Under the pieces are notes generated by a model, which was given only the letters and a program-made list of their open reading frames with translations, did not search any database and had not been told where the DNA came from. DNA of 62,420 nucleotides, filler included. It is 12 parts of 12 records of this genome, joined end to end, with 100 filler letters (N's around TTAATTAATTAA, not from the genome) between each part and the next. Parts side by side here need not be neighbours in the genome. Positions count along the whole stretch, not along the records: positions 1 to 4,957 come from SRR7504441_7939; positions 5,058 to 12,450 come from SRR7504441_7945; 10 more parts are not named here. The stretch is one strand, 5' to 3'. This document shows positions 1-9,870 of this stretch, piece by piece (position 1 is the stretch's first letter; each line of letters begins with the position of its first letter). The position numbers were made by a program, and so were the translations under genes.

Positions 1-70
1 CCTCCCCATTGAATGATCGTAGCTATTCGTTTGTGCGGAGTAAAGTGTAGATTTCCTTAGACCTCAATCA

Positions 71-1983
71 CTAGAATCGCGGTGCTCCCTCTCGCTTGCG
101 TGGATCAGTAGGAACAATCTCTCCTTTGAGGATGCTGTTTGTCAAAAGCATCCTGACAAGCGAGTCCTCCACACTCGTCCCGGCTTCGATCGCCTTGTTG
201 TACGCATCTGTCCTGAATGTATGTGAGCTCACTGTGAGCGACCCATTCCGAGAATCGATTCGGGCCTTGATTTTGCCTGCGAGTATCAGTTCCTGGAGCT
301 GCTCCTCCAACCCGGGCAGATCGACTCCGAATGTCTGCACCCCCCGCTCAGCCTGCCCGTTGGGGATAGTCGGGCCACCGCGGCCATCTCCGGCAGCTTG
401 ACTACAGCATACGGCGACACAAACTGTATCATGGCCCGGCTGCGCCCGATATCAGCTGGTGGCCCAGCCGAGCGGCCGACCTGCGGATCAAGCTGTAGAC
501 ACGGTTGAGCACGTGAGAGAAATAGAGGTCGAGCTCGAGCATGGGTCGCAGGTTGTCCAGCGACTGGAGCATCGAAGAGTAGCTGCATGGCCAGTGAGCG
601 TGTGCAGTCAGCGCCGCCTCACCGGGAGTTGAAGAAGTCGTGAACAATCGAGCGTACCAGCGGTACCAGCGTGAGCATCTTGTCGAACGAGCGGCTCTCG
701 AGCACCTGCGCCGGAGTCTGATGGCCCACGCAGCAGCGTTCGGACACCTTGCGTTTGATTTGCTTCCGATCTAGCATAGCTATTGCACACAAGCCTCCGT
801 ATGCCGCCACGTCCTGTCCACGCATTGGCCAGCCAGGCGGCAGCCTGAGCCCAACCTGCGGGACGAACAGCTCGCTGAACTCGAAGCCCGTGTCTACAGT
901 GGCTTCAAGGAAAGAGCTTGCCGCGCTCTCAATCTGCAGCAGCCGACCGCTGAGTGCCGCTAGAGATACATTGCCACCGTCTTGTCGTGCGCGTTGCTCA
1001 GACTTCCTCGGAGCCCTTTGGCAGCTTGAATCAGGTGAGCCATACTGAAACACAGCTCAGAACGGTCTGATGCGCACACCCACCCGCGAGCCGCCGCCAG
1101 CCCTGAGCTCAACACGGGGTCAGCACCCACCCTCGCCTGCCCACAGTCCACGCGGCCAGCTAGAGCGGGCACCTTGGCGATGTGCTCGTTCATATTGAAC
1201 GAGACCACCAGACCTGCCCCCCGGGCCTTCGCACGCCAGTGCGCACGGATCAGGCACCCGACTGGCCTGTGTGGTTGAGAGAGCATTTGATCAGGCTGAC
1301 TACCCAGTACCGATACTGCTCCGGATCGGCTTCCGGTCCGCAGCCGTGCTCGAGCGCCTAGCCCCCGCGTGCCTGCCGGCCGCGCGCCGGTCTCACGTGC
1401 TGGTAAAAGTCCTTTTTTGCCTGACTGTACTCCCCGATTGCATAGTATGCATCGCCCAGGCCAATGTAGGCCGCCTGCTCGGCCTCAGCGCACACCAGCC
1501 AGTCCGCCACACCCGGGCTGCCGCGTGGTCGTCGCTGGCCTCCCGCAGCTTCAGCTCCAGCTTCCCCACCTCGGTGTTGCTGTTGCGGTGCACTTCCGCG
1601 AGCCAGTCCGGCCGCTCTTGCGCACCTGCGGCCTGTCGACCAGCGCCGCGGCCGCGGCCGGCCACCGAGCTTTGCGAGCGCCGACTTGTGGTGCCCCGCG
1701 AACAGCTCGGCGTACTCAGCGATGTTGCCGTTGGCTTTGAGTACCTCCAGCAGCTGCCCGAACCAGTCAGCCGCCGGCCAGCCGGGCAGCCGACCTGGGT
1801 CAGGGCCGAGTCAGCGAGGCCCGGGTTGGCGTCCGCGATGAATTTGAGCCGGGTGGACTTGGCATGGCCAGTATAGAATCCGATATACTTTGCGAGATCG
1901 AAAGTCCCTGGCCCCCGGCCTCAGTCGCTGCGTCGTCTGCCCGAGCGCTGCTGACCGGTGCGCAGCGGATGCGAATCCGTCAT
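71..1983 (-). CDS. CSN1: COP9 signalosome subunit 1 (PCI domain), 14 GT-AG mini-introns
   Basis: Spliced translation gives FDLAKYIGFYTGHAKSTRLKFIAD, DVAAYGGLCAIAMLDRKQIKRKVLES, LELDLYFSHVL..VYSLIRSRAMIQFVSPY and ILAGKIKARIDS, matching CSN1/GPS1 motifs. ATG at 1983, stop at 71-73. Confidence 0.88.
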
Positions 1984-2161
1984 CTGGTGATAAGCGCTTC
2001 TCGCTCTGTCTGTGCCCGCGTGGCTCCTGCAACGCGCGCCAAGCTGTACTGCTTCGGGTGTGAGAGACACGCCGCCTCACCGAGGAGCTGCAGTTTCCGT
2101 TGCTCTTCCGGTGCTTCCACCAAGGGCGGCACATTACCCGAGCTCGGCCAAAGCTCAAGTC

Positions 2162-3569
2162 ATGAATGAGGAATACGATGCGATCGTGCTGGGCACTGGG
2201 CTCAAGGAGTGCATTCTCAGTGGGCTCCTCTCAGTCGCCGGCAAAAAGGTGCCCCCCCGCCCCCGCCCCTTGCCCGGCCGAGCCGGCAAGCCAGGTGTTG
2301 CACATGGACCGCAACAACTACTACGGGGGCGAGTCGGCCTCGCTCAACCTGACCCAGATGTTTGATAAGTTCGCTGGCGGCCAGGCCCCGCCCTCCAACC
2401 TGGGCACCTCCCGGGACTACAACATCGACCTGGTGCCCAAGTTCATCATCGCCAACGGGCTGCTGGTTAAGATGCTAGTCCACACCAACGTCCGCCGGTA
2501 CATGTCGTTCAAAGTGATTGACGGCAGCTACGTCTACCGCGAGAAGGAGATCTACAAGGTGCCGGCCAACGACTCTGAGGCGCTCGGCTCTAGCATCATG
2601 GGCTTCTTCGAGAAACGGCGCTGCCGCAACTTCTTCTTGTACATGCAGGACTACGACGAGAGCAACCCGAAGACCTGGAAGAAGATGGACATCAAGCAGA
2701 CCCCGATGCAGAAGGTGTTTGAGGAGTTTGGGCTGGAGGATGGCACAATTGACTTCATTGGCCACGCTCTCGCCTTGCACAGGGATGACGGGTACAAGCA
2801 GCGGCCGGCCACTGAGACGTTTGATCGGATCAAGCTGTACGCCGACTCGATGGCCCGGTTCGGCAAGTCGCCGTACATCTACCCGCTGTACGGGCTGGGC
2901 GAGCTGCCGCAGGGTTTTGCCCGCCTGAGTGCAATCTATGGCGGCACCTACATGCTCAATAAGCCTTTCTTGGGCGTGGAGCTGGGGGAAGACGGCAAGG
3001 TCGTCGGCGTCAAGTCCAAGGACGACGAGGGCGAGAACGACGCCACGGCCCGCGCCCCGATTGTGATTGCGGATCCGACTTATTTCCCAGATAAAGTGAG
3101 CTGCACCCACCGTGTGGTCCGCTCAATCTGTATCCTCAAGGGGCCCGCGCCCGACACCAGCAAGGAGTGCGTCTCCGTGCAGATCATCCTGCCGGGCAAC
3201 CAGGTGGGTCGGCACCACGATATCTACGTGGTCGTGCTCGACTCCTCGTTTGATGTGTGTCCAAACGGATTCTTCGTTGGGATCGTGAGCACAACCATAG
3301 AGACAGAGAATCCGGATCAAGAGATCATCCCGGGGCTGGACGTGCTGGGCGGCCGCAAAGACAACATCCTGTGCCGGTTCAATAATATCTGCGAAGTGAT
3401 GGATCCCAAGGACCCGACCTCGCCGGACAACATCTTTGTCACGCCAGGATACGACGCGACCAGCCACTTTGAGACGACTTGCCTGGACGTGCTGGCCGTG
3501 TACGAGCGTGTGATGGGCGAGCCGCTCGACCTGGACTCGATGGAACCTGTCCTGGACGAGGACGAGTGA
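2162..3569 (+). CDS. GDI1: Rab GDP dissociation inhibitor
   Basis: [29 protein letters not shown] joins [19 protein letters not shown] across one ~46-nt GT-AG intron. Also [32 protein letters not shown] and [10 protein letters not shown]. Confidence 0.97.
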
Positions 3570-3959
3570 GCTCAGTGCTCAACACGATGAAGCGGAGACT
3601 GCTGTGGATGTCTTCTCTCTTAGGGCCGGCTCTGCTTCCACGATGCTTCATCAGACAGAAATCGAAGGATTCTACGTCTAGCGCTAGGATCCGAAATGAT
3701 TTGATAATCATGATCCGATCAAAACTCTATCCAAACTCAGAATAAACCATTTACATACAAGTGAAACCTAGATAGATTTTATCCCGAGAGTCCCGGCCAC
3801 AGAGCACCATAGAGGCGCTAGAAGCGCCAGAGGCGCCCTCAATTCTACCGTAAGGTCGGTAAGGATTATCTTAATTAATCCATGAAGCGATGACAAGCAC
3901 CAAGGTTAAACAACATCCAAATGCGCATACAAAACACACTGGAGATTCTATGATAGCCG

Positions 3960-4879
3960 TCAGCCGGGCGGTAGGTCGTCCGTTTTCTCCATGTCGGCCA
4001 CTTGCACCTGCTGCACCAGCTGGCCTGTTGATATCAGCCGACTCATCCCTTTGTCGCCCCTGCCCTGATCGTCAGCCCGTCCGCGCACAGGCAATGCCTA
4101 TGCATCGCCACCACCCCGGTCCGGGCTAGCTCGACGATCTCGAACTGGTCGCACAGGTCTATGAATTTCTCCAGCTGGGCCGGCTGGCCCGAGAGCGAAA
4201 TCATCAGCTGGTTCTTCGTAAAGTCCAGTACAGTCGCATTGTACACGTTCGCATACTCTAGCAGCCTCGAGGTATCCTGCGGCGAACCGGGCTTTACCTG
4301 CGCCGACGCTCAGCCTGCCGAGCTGTCGCCCGACCTTGATAATCATAAAGTCCCGCTCGACGAACCCCTCGGGGTCGCGGTCCGCGTCGAACCTGCGCCC
4401 CGGCTCCAGCCCGGGCCCGGCCCGTGGGCACTCGAGACGCTCGGTGACCACCACACAGACCAGGTCCTCGATCTGAGTCTGGACCTGCGATATGACCGAC
4501 TGGCTGCCATTGACCACGATCGTCACGCGGCTCAGCTCGGGGATCTGGCCCGGGCCGCTGGCGCCTGCCGAGATCGGGCCACCTCGGTGCGCCCGACGAC
4601 CAGACTGTCGATGTTATAGCCGCGGGCGCTCAGGATGTTGGCCAGGTGCGCGAGGGTGCCCGGCTCGTTGGTGACCAGCGCCGAGAGCACGTGGCGATCT
4701 GGCCCGCAGTCATGGCGCACTCACTGGGCGGCACCTTGGCTGCTGAAGCGCTGGAGGTCAGTCGGGTCCAGGTTGGCGCCAGTAGACAGCCAGCGGCGGG
4801 CTGCTGCCGCCCGGCCGGCCGGTGGACGAGCGACTGCAGCCCGGCTGAGCAGCCGGAGTCGACTCACTGCTCGGTGCAT
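3960..4879 (-). CDS. ILV6: Acetolactate synthase small (regulatory) subunit, ILV6-type, with N-terminal organellar transit peptide; 5 introns
   Basis: Contains the ACT domain HVLSALVTNEPGTLAHLANILSARGYNIDSLVVGRTE and IVELARTGVVAM. After a GC-AG intron (4060-4097) it ends in LPPG*, as fungal Ilv6 does. The presequence is Arg/Ala-rich. Confidence 0.92.
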
Positions 4880-4957
4880 ATTCTTTGTCCGTTGAAAGGC
4901 CACGTACTTTGCGATGAGCCCACCTGCCGCCAAGGACGAGGTGGTGGGTCCGGCGCC

Positions 4958-5057
4958 NNNNNNNNNNNNNNNNNNNNNNNNNNNNNNNNNNNNNNNNNNN
5001 NTTAATTAATTAANNNNNNNNNNNNNNNNNNNNNNNNNNNNNNNNNNNNNNNNNNNN
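4958..5057. other. Artificial contig spacer N44-TTAATTAATTAA-N44. Identical spacers at 12451-12550, 16960-17059, 24136-24235, 29479-29578, 33120-33219, 37240-37339, 43493-43592, 46655-46754, 53566-53665 and 57671-57770.
   Basis: Eleven identical 100-nt blocks whose core places stop codons in all six frames; genes are truncated at them. Confidence 0.99.
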
Positions 5058-5378
5058 GGGGAAGCGCCGATTCGGACGATCAGCTACAATAAAATAGTGG
5101 GATGGGTGTGCCGGCGAACGGGCCGGGCTGACCCGGGTGGACAGCGGGCCTCCGAGCAAACGCTGGAAATTCATGAGGCGAACCCTCTCGAAACGGCCAA
5201 GCAAAACTCGGAGGATTTCATGAACAAGGAGAAGGGGAAGGCGTTGGTATACCACTTTCGCACCTTAGAGGCGCTCAAGGTGGTTGAGATCCTAGAATTG
5301 ACCTGTAATCGCCAACTAGAGGATCTGCTCAAACGTCACGGCATCTCGAATGTGACGCCCTCCGAGTTGTGCATCTAA
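5058..5378 (+). CDS. 3' fragment of a hypothetical protein
   Basis: Open frame ...EIHEANPLETAKQ...TPSELCI*, with a probable GT-AG intron starting near 5097; truncated by the spacer. Confidence 0.5.
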   Translation, partial: GEAPIRTISYNKIVGWVCRRTGRADPGGQRASEQTLEIHEANPLETAKQNSEDFMNKEKGKALVYHFRTLEALKVVEILELTCNRQLEDLLKRHGISNVTPSELCI

Positions 5379-5508
5379 CCGGACTGAAATGACCGAATGA
5401 ATATTCTTCATGCGACTAAATTTGATTTAATCGGGCTATAATCAGGCTAACGTTATTAGCTTCCCTTCATTTTCATCTATGGAATCTCGCATTGATCAAC
5501 AATTGAGA

Positions 5509-7131
5509 CTAAGTTCGATTGAACCAACCCATTAGAGGATTGGGCGACGACCTCACTAGCGAGGGTGAGAGCCGACTGCCAGCCCTCACGGGCTCCGTGG
5601 CCGGACTATCCTGCCGAGTTTCCCACTGCTCTACCATTCGTTCGAACTGGGCCCTCTCCACTATCTCGTTGCCTGAGGCAACCTCACTGTACAGTGGCCA
5701 CAGGCCTGACCCTGGCAGCTTGGCGCTGACCACCGCCAGCTGCTTGCACAGCTCGGCTTGCGGAGCCGAGACTGAGCCCACCAACGCGACCCGATCGAAC
5801 AGACTCATTACCTCACTCCGGCTCATCCGTCTCGAATGCTCTGCGGAGTCGTGAAAGCCGCGTGGCTTCAGCCCACAAAGCGCCTGCTCCTGTGCCGTGA
5901 TCTCTCGAGCCATTGCCTCAGCAACCCCGGGCTTCGAGAGCCAGGCCTCCACCATCGATGTGAACTGGATCCGTCCCATAGCCTCTGTGGACAGCTCTTG
6001 CACTTGAACACACAGCGGCCAGGCGGCTTCGATCTTCGGATGCCGCTTGGTGGCCTGAAGCAGCCGCAGCCGCAGCTCGTCGCGCGGGGCCTGCGTGCCG
6101 ACAGCGACCTGATCGAACAGGTTTAGCAGCCACACTCTGCACTCACGCTTGCTCGTGATCATCCGCAGCCTACGCACCTCCTCAGCCTCCCCGTCCTCGG
6201 CCGTCTCTGCACCAGCTGTCACCTGCCGGGCGGCCACAGTGCCATCTGCAGATACGCGCTCCGGAGTCGGTGCTGGTGCAGGCTCGGTAGTGACCACCGG
6301 CACCGCGATTTGCTTTATTCCGTTCTGCCACGGCAAGGACGCCGCCTGTGCGAGCGCCTGGATCTCGGCGGCCAGAAGAGGCTGGTCGGCCTCAGCTAGC
6401 CAGCGGTCAACCATCAGCCCGAAGTCCCGCCGGTCTACGGTTGGAGCTCGCATTACTTCGATTTGGTTGTAGAGAGGTAATAGAGTCCGAATGCCTGGCT
6501 TGTCTGGGCTTCCCTTGCAGTGAGGCCACAGCTGACGCTTCAAGTCGTTTCGGGCGGCGAGAGTCGGTTGGTCGGCGGTAGAGCCCGCCGCTCGGTCGAA
6601 TTGTTCCATCAGCCATACCTTGCACTGAAGTACGTTGTGGACAACTGCCGGCGAGTCCGGGCACCTGATCGTCTTCGGGGCGTGTCGATCCCAGTCAGCC
6701 TCTAGCACCGGCGTCGGCGCGCCTTGGAACCAGCCGGCCTGGGGAAGGGCTGCCCCCGGGGAAGGGGCGGTGGACGGGTCGTACTGGTCGGCGGGGCAGG
6801 GCACAACCGCCAGAAGCTCGGAGCGGGCCTCGGGGGTCATGACGGTAAACATGGCGGCCTTGTCAGTCGAGCTCAAGTCGTACAGCCAGGTCGCCCGCTC
6901 GCGGTGCGACATGACCTTGAACGCGGCCGCGTTCTCCTCGGGGGAGTTGGTAGGCTCGCTCGAAGGCTTCCCCCGGAACCAGCCGACCGGGGCGGGGTCC
7001 GGGGCCGGCAGGTCGGCGGATTGGCAAATAAACGGGGGCCGACGGCAGGCCAGTGCCGCGGCGTCAAAGCTCCGGGTCGGGCCGCACCAGCTGGCTCCGC
7101 TGTACGAGGTCTGACCGCGCCGGGAGCTCAT
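5509..7131 (-). CDS. Hypothetical protein with three degenerate ~65-aa helical (EF-hand-pair-like) repeats
   Basis: Long ORF, first ATG at 7131. The unit W/L..LFD....G.....EL...L......L.PL...V.......R..F..MV..W occurs three times. Confidence 0.65.
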   Translation of the reverse strand: MSSRRGQTSYSGASWCGPTRSFDAAALACRRPPFICQSADLPAPDPAPVGWFRGKPSSEPTNSPEENAAAFKVMSHRERATWLYDLSSTDKAAMFTVMTPEARSELLAVVPCPADQYDPSTAPSPGAALPQAGWFQGAPTPVLEADWDRHAPKTIRCPDSPAVVHNVLQCKVWLMEQFDRAAGSTADQPTLAARNDLKRQLWPHCKGSPDKPGIRTLLPLYNQIEVMRAPTVDRRDFGLMVDRWLAEADQPLLAAEIQALAQAASLPWQNGIKQIAVPVVTTEPAPAPTPERVSADGTVAARQVTAGAETAEDGEAEEVRRLRMITSKRECRVWLLNLFDQVAVGTQAPRDELRLRLLQATKRHPKIEAAWPLCVQVQELSTEAMGRIQFTSMVEAWLSKPGVAEAMAREITAQEQALCGLKPRGFHDSAEHSRRMSRSEVMSLFDRVALVGSVSAPQAELCKQLAVVSAKLPGSGLWPLYSEVASGNEIVERAQFERMVEQWETRQDSPATEPVRAGSRLSPSLVRSSPNPLMGWFNRT

Positions 7132-7219
7132 TGCGGAGTACCGGCTCCGCAACGGTAACGGCCAAGTATTCCTGGCTTGGCGCTGATGGTGGCACGTGGT
7201 GCGTTTTGAGAGCGGGCAG

Positions 7220-7608
7220 ATGGCCAACAGCAAGCAGCATGGCGGTACGGGTCGGTCCGGCCGGCCCGCTGAGCAGCGCGTGACAGCCGGGGCGGTGCGG
7301 AAGCGGCGCGGCTCGAGCACTAGAGCCAAGATACGACATCAGGCCGCCATCAAGGCAAAGGAGGTGTCAGCAGCTGCTGCAGACGGCAGCCCGAGCTGTG
7401 GCCTGGCAGGACGAGGCGTTCCTCAACTCAGTATTCGAGAAGTTCGACGCCAGTGGCGACGAAAAGCTGCAGGTGGCTGGCTGAGGTTGCAGGGCTGGCC
7501 TGCAGCGCTGGACTGCAGATGGACGAGATGCCGGAGGCGGCGGCGCCTGTTGCCGAGGAGCCGGAGCCAGAGGGTCAGCCAACCTCGTCGTGTTGCATCA
7601 TTGCGTAG
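7220..7608 (+). CDS. Small single-EF-hand protein with C-terminal CC-IIA (CaaX) motif; 3 introns
   Basis: Spliced: MANSKQHG-AGAVRKRRGSS...KAKE-DEAFLNSVFEKFDASGDEKLQ-MDEMPEAAAPVAEEPEPEGQPTSSCCIIA*. The 12-residue loop DASGDEKLQMDE is completed only by splicing. Confidence 0.7.
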
Positions 7609-7879
7609 CCATTTATGTGGGTCAGCCGTAATAACATAGAGTTGGGGGAATCACATAGGAATCACATTGATTTCATCCTAGAATCGGATTAGAATCCGAT
7701 CATATAAACTTTTTTATTATACATTGTACAGCACTCCGGCCACTATCTTCTATCTTTTCATCTATTTGTTCCAAGTAATGCATGGCACCGAGGAATAGAG
7801 TCTCATAGCGCACCGTGCACTAACTATGCACAAGGTTCCATGGCTAGCTCATGTGCTAAGCACGCATCAGTGCGGATAC

Positions 7880-9817
7880 CTAGCGTGGGCGCCAGGTACC
7901 ACACACACCGCACTTGCGCTTGTTGATCCGATTGACTGAAGGGCACTTTGGGCACTTCCAGTGGCCTGGAGGCACACTCCAGTGGCAGGCTGCCTCGCCT
8001 GGGCTGCCCTCAACCTGCACAGCCACCCCTCCAACCACGGCCTGCGAGCCCGGCTCCATTCCAAGCTCCAGGTACTGGGTCAGCGCGCCCTGCAGCGTGA
8101 TCAGCTGGTTGCTCATCCGGCCGACGCGCGACTTGAAATTCTTGAACTCAAACTCACCACGGCAGAGGAACTCAGTGTTGTACCCTCCCTCATCCGACGG
8201 GTCAAGTAACGTGACCAGCTGCTCGGTCGCCCCCTCGAGCTTGGCCTGGAGCGGGACCAGCAACTCTAGCTTCCTGCCCTCGCTAGCTGGGTCTAGCAAG
8301 TACGCGTACGCATAAGTCCACTTGAGACACCGGAACGCGTCCGCAATCAAATTGAGCGTCTGGTCCATGAATTTCAGCTCAGTGTCCTGGAAGCCGAGGG
8401 CCAGTCTGAGCGTGTCCTGCTTCTGTGAGATCAGCGCCCGCCACTGTTGAGCTGCGTTTTGCTGCCCGTCCTCGTAGTGCTCGAACCGCTCCATGTAGTG
8501 TTTGAATCGCTCAAAGTCGTCCGTAGCATTCCCACCAGCGCTGCTCTGGGCTGCGGTGCTGGCATATTGGGCGCAGCTTCGGTGAGTCCTCCAGTCGGCC
8601 ATGCACAACCAGCAAAACTCGTACCCACACCCGCCAGGTGGCCGACACGTCATGTGCTGACAGCCACCGTTCTTCTCTATATGTCTGCCACACTTTGGGC
8701 ACGGCTTGGTGTGCTCCTTGATCCATCGCTGCTGCAGCGCCTCATTGATAGACGTCTTTTTCCACTTACCGACGTCACTGCACCCGATCGGCCGGTGGGC
8801 CTCTTCTAGACAACTCCAGCAGAAGGCAAACCCACAAGAGCACAGTATGTCCTGTTTCTTTTGCTTGGGGTATTCCACCACGTAGTTGCATCCAGGCTTC
8901 GGACAGGCCTGCACCGCCTTGCTCCCAAGCAGCGAGTTGGTGAGCATTTCCTCGTACTTGACAAGATCCGGACCCTCCAGCAGCTGCCTGAACAGCGACG
9001 GAGGCACAGGCCGGCCGCAGCTCATCTCAGGACACTCCGGCACCAGCACGCCGTCGTCCAGCACCTTCCCCCGGAGGAACTCGCCAAAGCACTCCTGGCA
9101 GAACAAGTGCCCACACCCGGCACCCACGGTACCCGCGTCACAGAAGCATATCTGGCATAGCTGCTCCTCCTCGGATTGTTCGGCTTCATTGTCCAACCCC
9201 GAAGCGGCCAGCACCGCAGCCGGCCCATCCGCCCCGACGATTGCGGCCAGCCGGTCGGTGTCCCATTCATAACGGACCAGCACCGCGAATGCGGCGTCGC
9301 GCGATATCCGGAGCAGAGTGGCCACGGTGCCTATCGCTCGTTCCTGCCTGGCCCGCATTGCGGCCGGGTCCATAACGGAATACGATCGGGCCCGCTTCAG
9401 CGGGGCTGGGTCGGCTGCAGGCACGCTGGTGGTGGTGGCGAATTGGAGTAAATACTGGGCCACGGGCGATGCGGAGCCGTGGATCCCGCGGGCGATGTCG
9501 TACGGGGTGCGGCCCTTGTAATCGGGCTGGCTCAGCGCCGGGGGGTACTTTGCGGCGAGCGACTTGATCATCGGGAGTCCGTTGTTCCGGGCGGCGTAGT
9601 GCACCGGCTTTTTGTTGTTCATGTCGGTGGTCTGAGCCAGCAGGGGCAGTTGCCCGAACAGCCAGTCTACCACCGCCCCGTGCCCCCGGCCGGCCGCGCA
9701 GTGCATCGCGGTCTCGCCGTACTGGCCCCGGGTGTCCAGCGGGCAGCCCGCCCGGTGTAGCCGCTGGATTGCCCCCAGGTCGCCCGCGACAGCCGCCTCC
9801 AGCAGCTCCCGCTCCAT
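7880..9817 (-). CDS. Ankyrin-repeat RBR (Ariadne/ANKIB1-like) E3 ubiquitin ligase with C-terminal RanBP2-type zinc finger
   Basis: Ankyrin GETAMHCAAGRGH; RING1 CQICF..CGHLFCQEC; IBR CPKPGC..CSCGFAFCWSC..AH; RING2 KPCPKCGRHIEKNGGCQHMTC; Ariadne LKWTYAYAY; WKCPKC..N..CGVC. Intronless. Confidence 0.92.
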   Translation of the reverse strand: MERELLEAAVAGDLGAIQRLHRAGCPLDTRGQYGETAMHCAAGRGHGAVVDWLFGQLPLLAQTTDMNNKKPVHYAARNNGLPMIKSLAAKYPPALSQPDYKGRTPYDIARGIHGSASPVAQYLLQFATTTSVPAADPAPLKRARSYSVMDPAAMRARQERAIGTVATLLRISRDAAFAVLVRYEWDTDRLAAIVGADGPAAVLAASGLDNEAEQSEEEQLCQICFCDAGTVGAGCGHLFCQECFGEFLRGKVLDDGVLVPECPEMSCGRPVPPSLFRQLLEGPDLVKYEEMLTNSLLGSKAVQACPKPGCNYVVEYPKQKKQDILCSCGFAFCWSCLEEAHRPIGCSDVGKWKKTSINEALQQRWIKEHTKPCPKCGRHIEKNGGCQHMTCRPPGGCGYEFCWLCMADWRTHRSCAQYASTAAQSSAGGNATDDFERFKHYMERFEHYEDGQQNAAQQWRALISQKQDTLRLALGFQDTELKFMDQTLNLIADAFRCLKWTYAYAYLLDPASEGRKLELLVPLQAKLEGATEQLVTLLDPSDEGGYNTEFLCRGEFEFKNFKSRVGRMSNQLITLQGALTQYLELGMEPGSQAVVGGVAVQVEGSPGEAACHWSVPPGHWKCPKCPSVNRINKRKCGVCGTWRPR

Positions 9818-9870
9818 GGAGGGAGAGCTCGCCGTGCCGTTAAAAAAACGCATCCGGCGGTAACCGGCCG

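Noticed and set aside
4958..5057. Regularly recurring TTAATTAATTAA flanked by N runs, as a repeat or CRISPR-like array
   Set aside because: Identical 100-nt artificial contig linker; not biological. Gene neighbourhoods across linkers were ignored.
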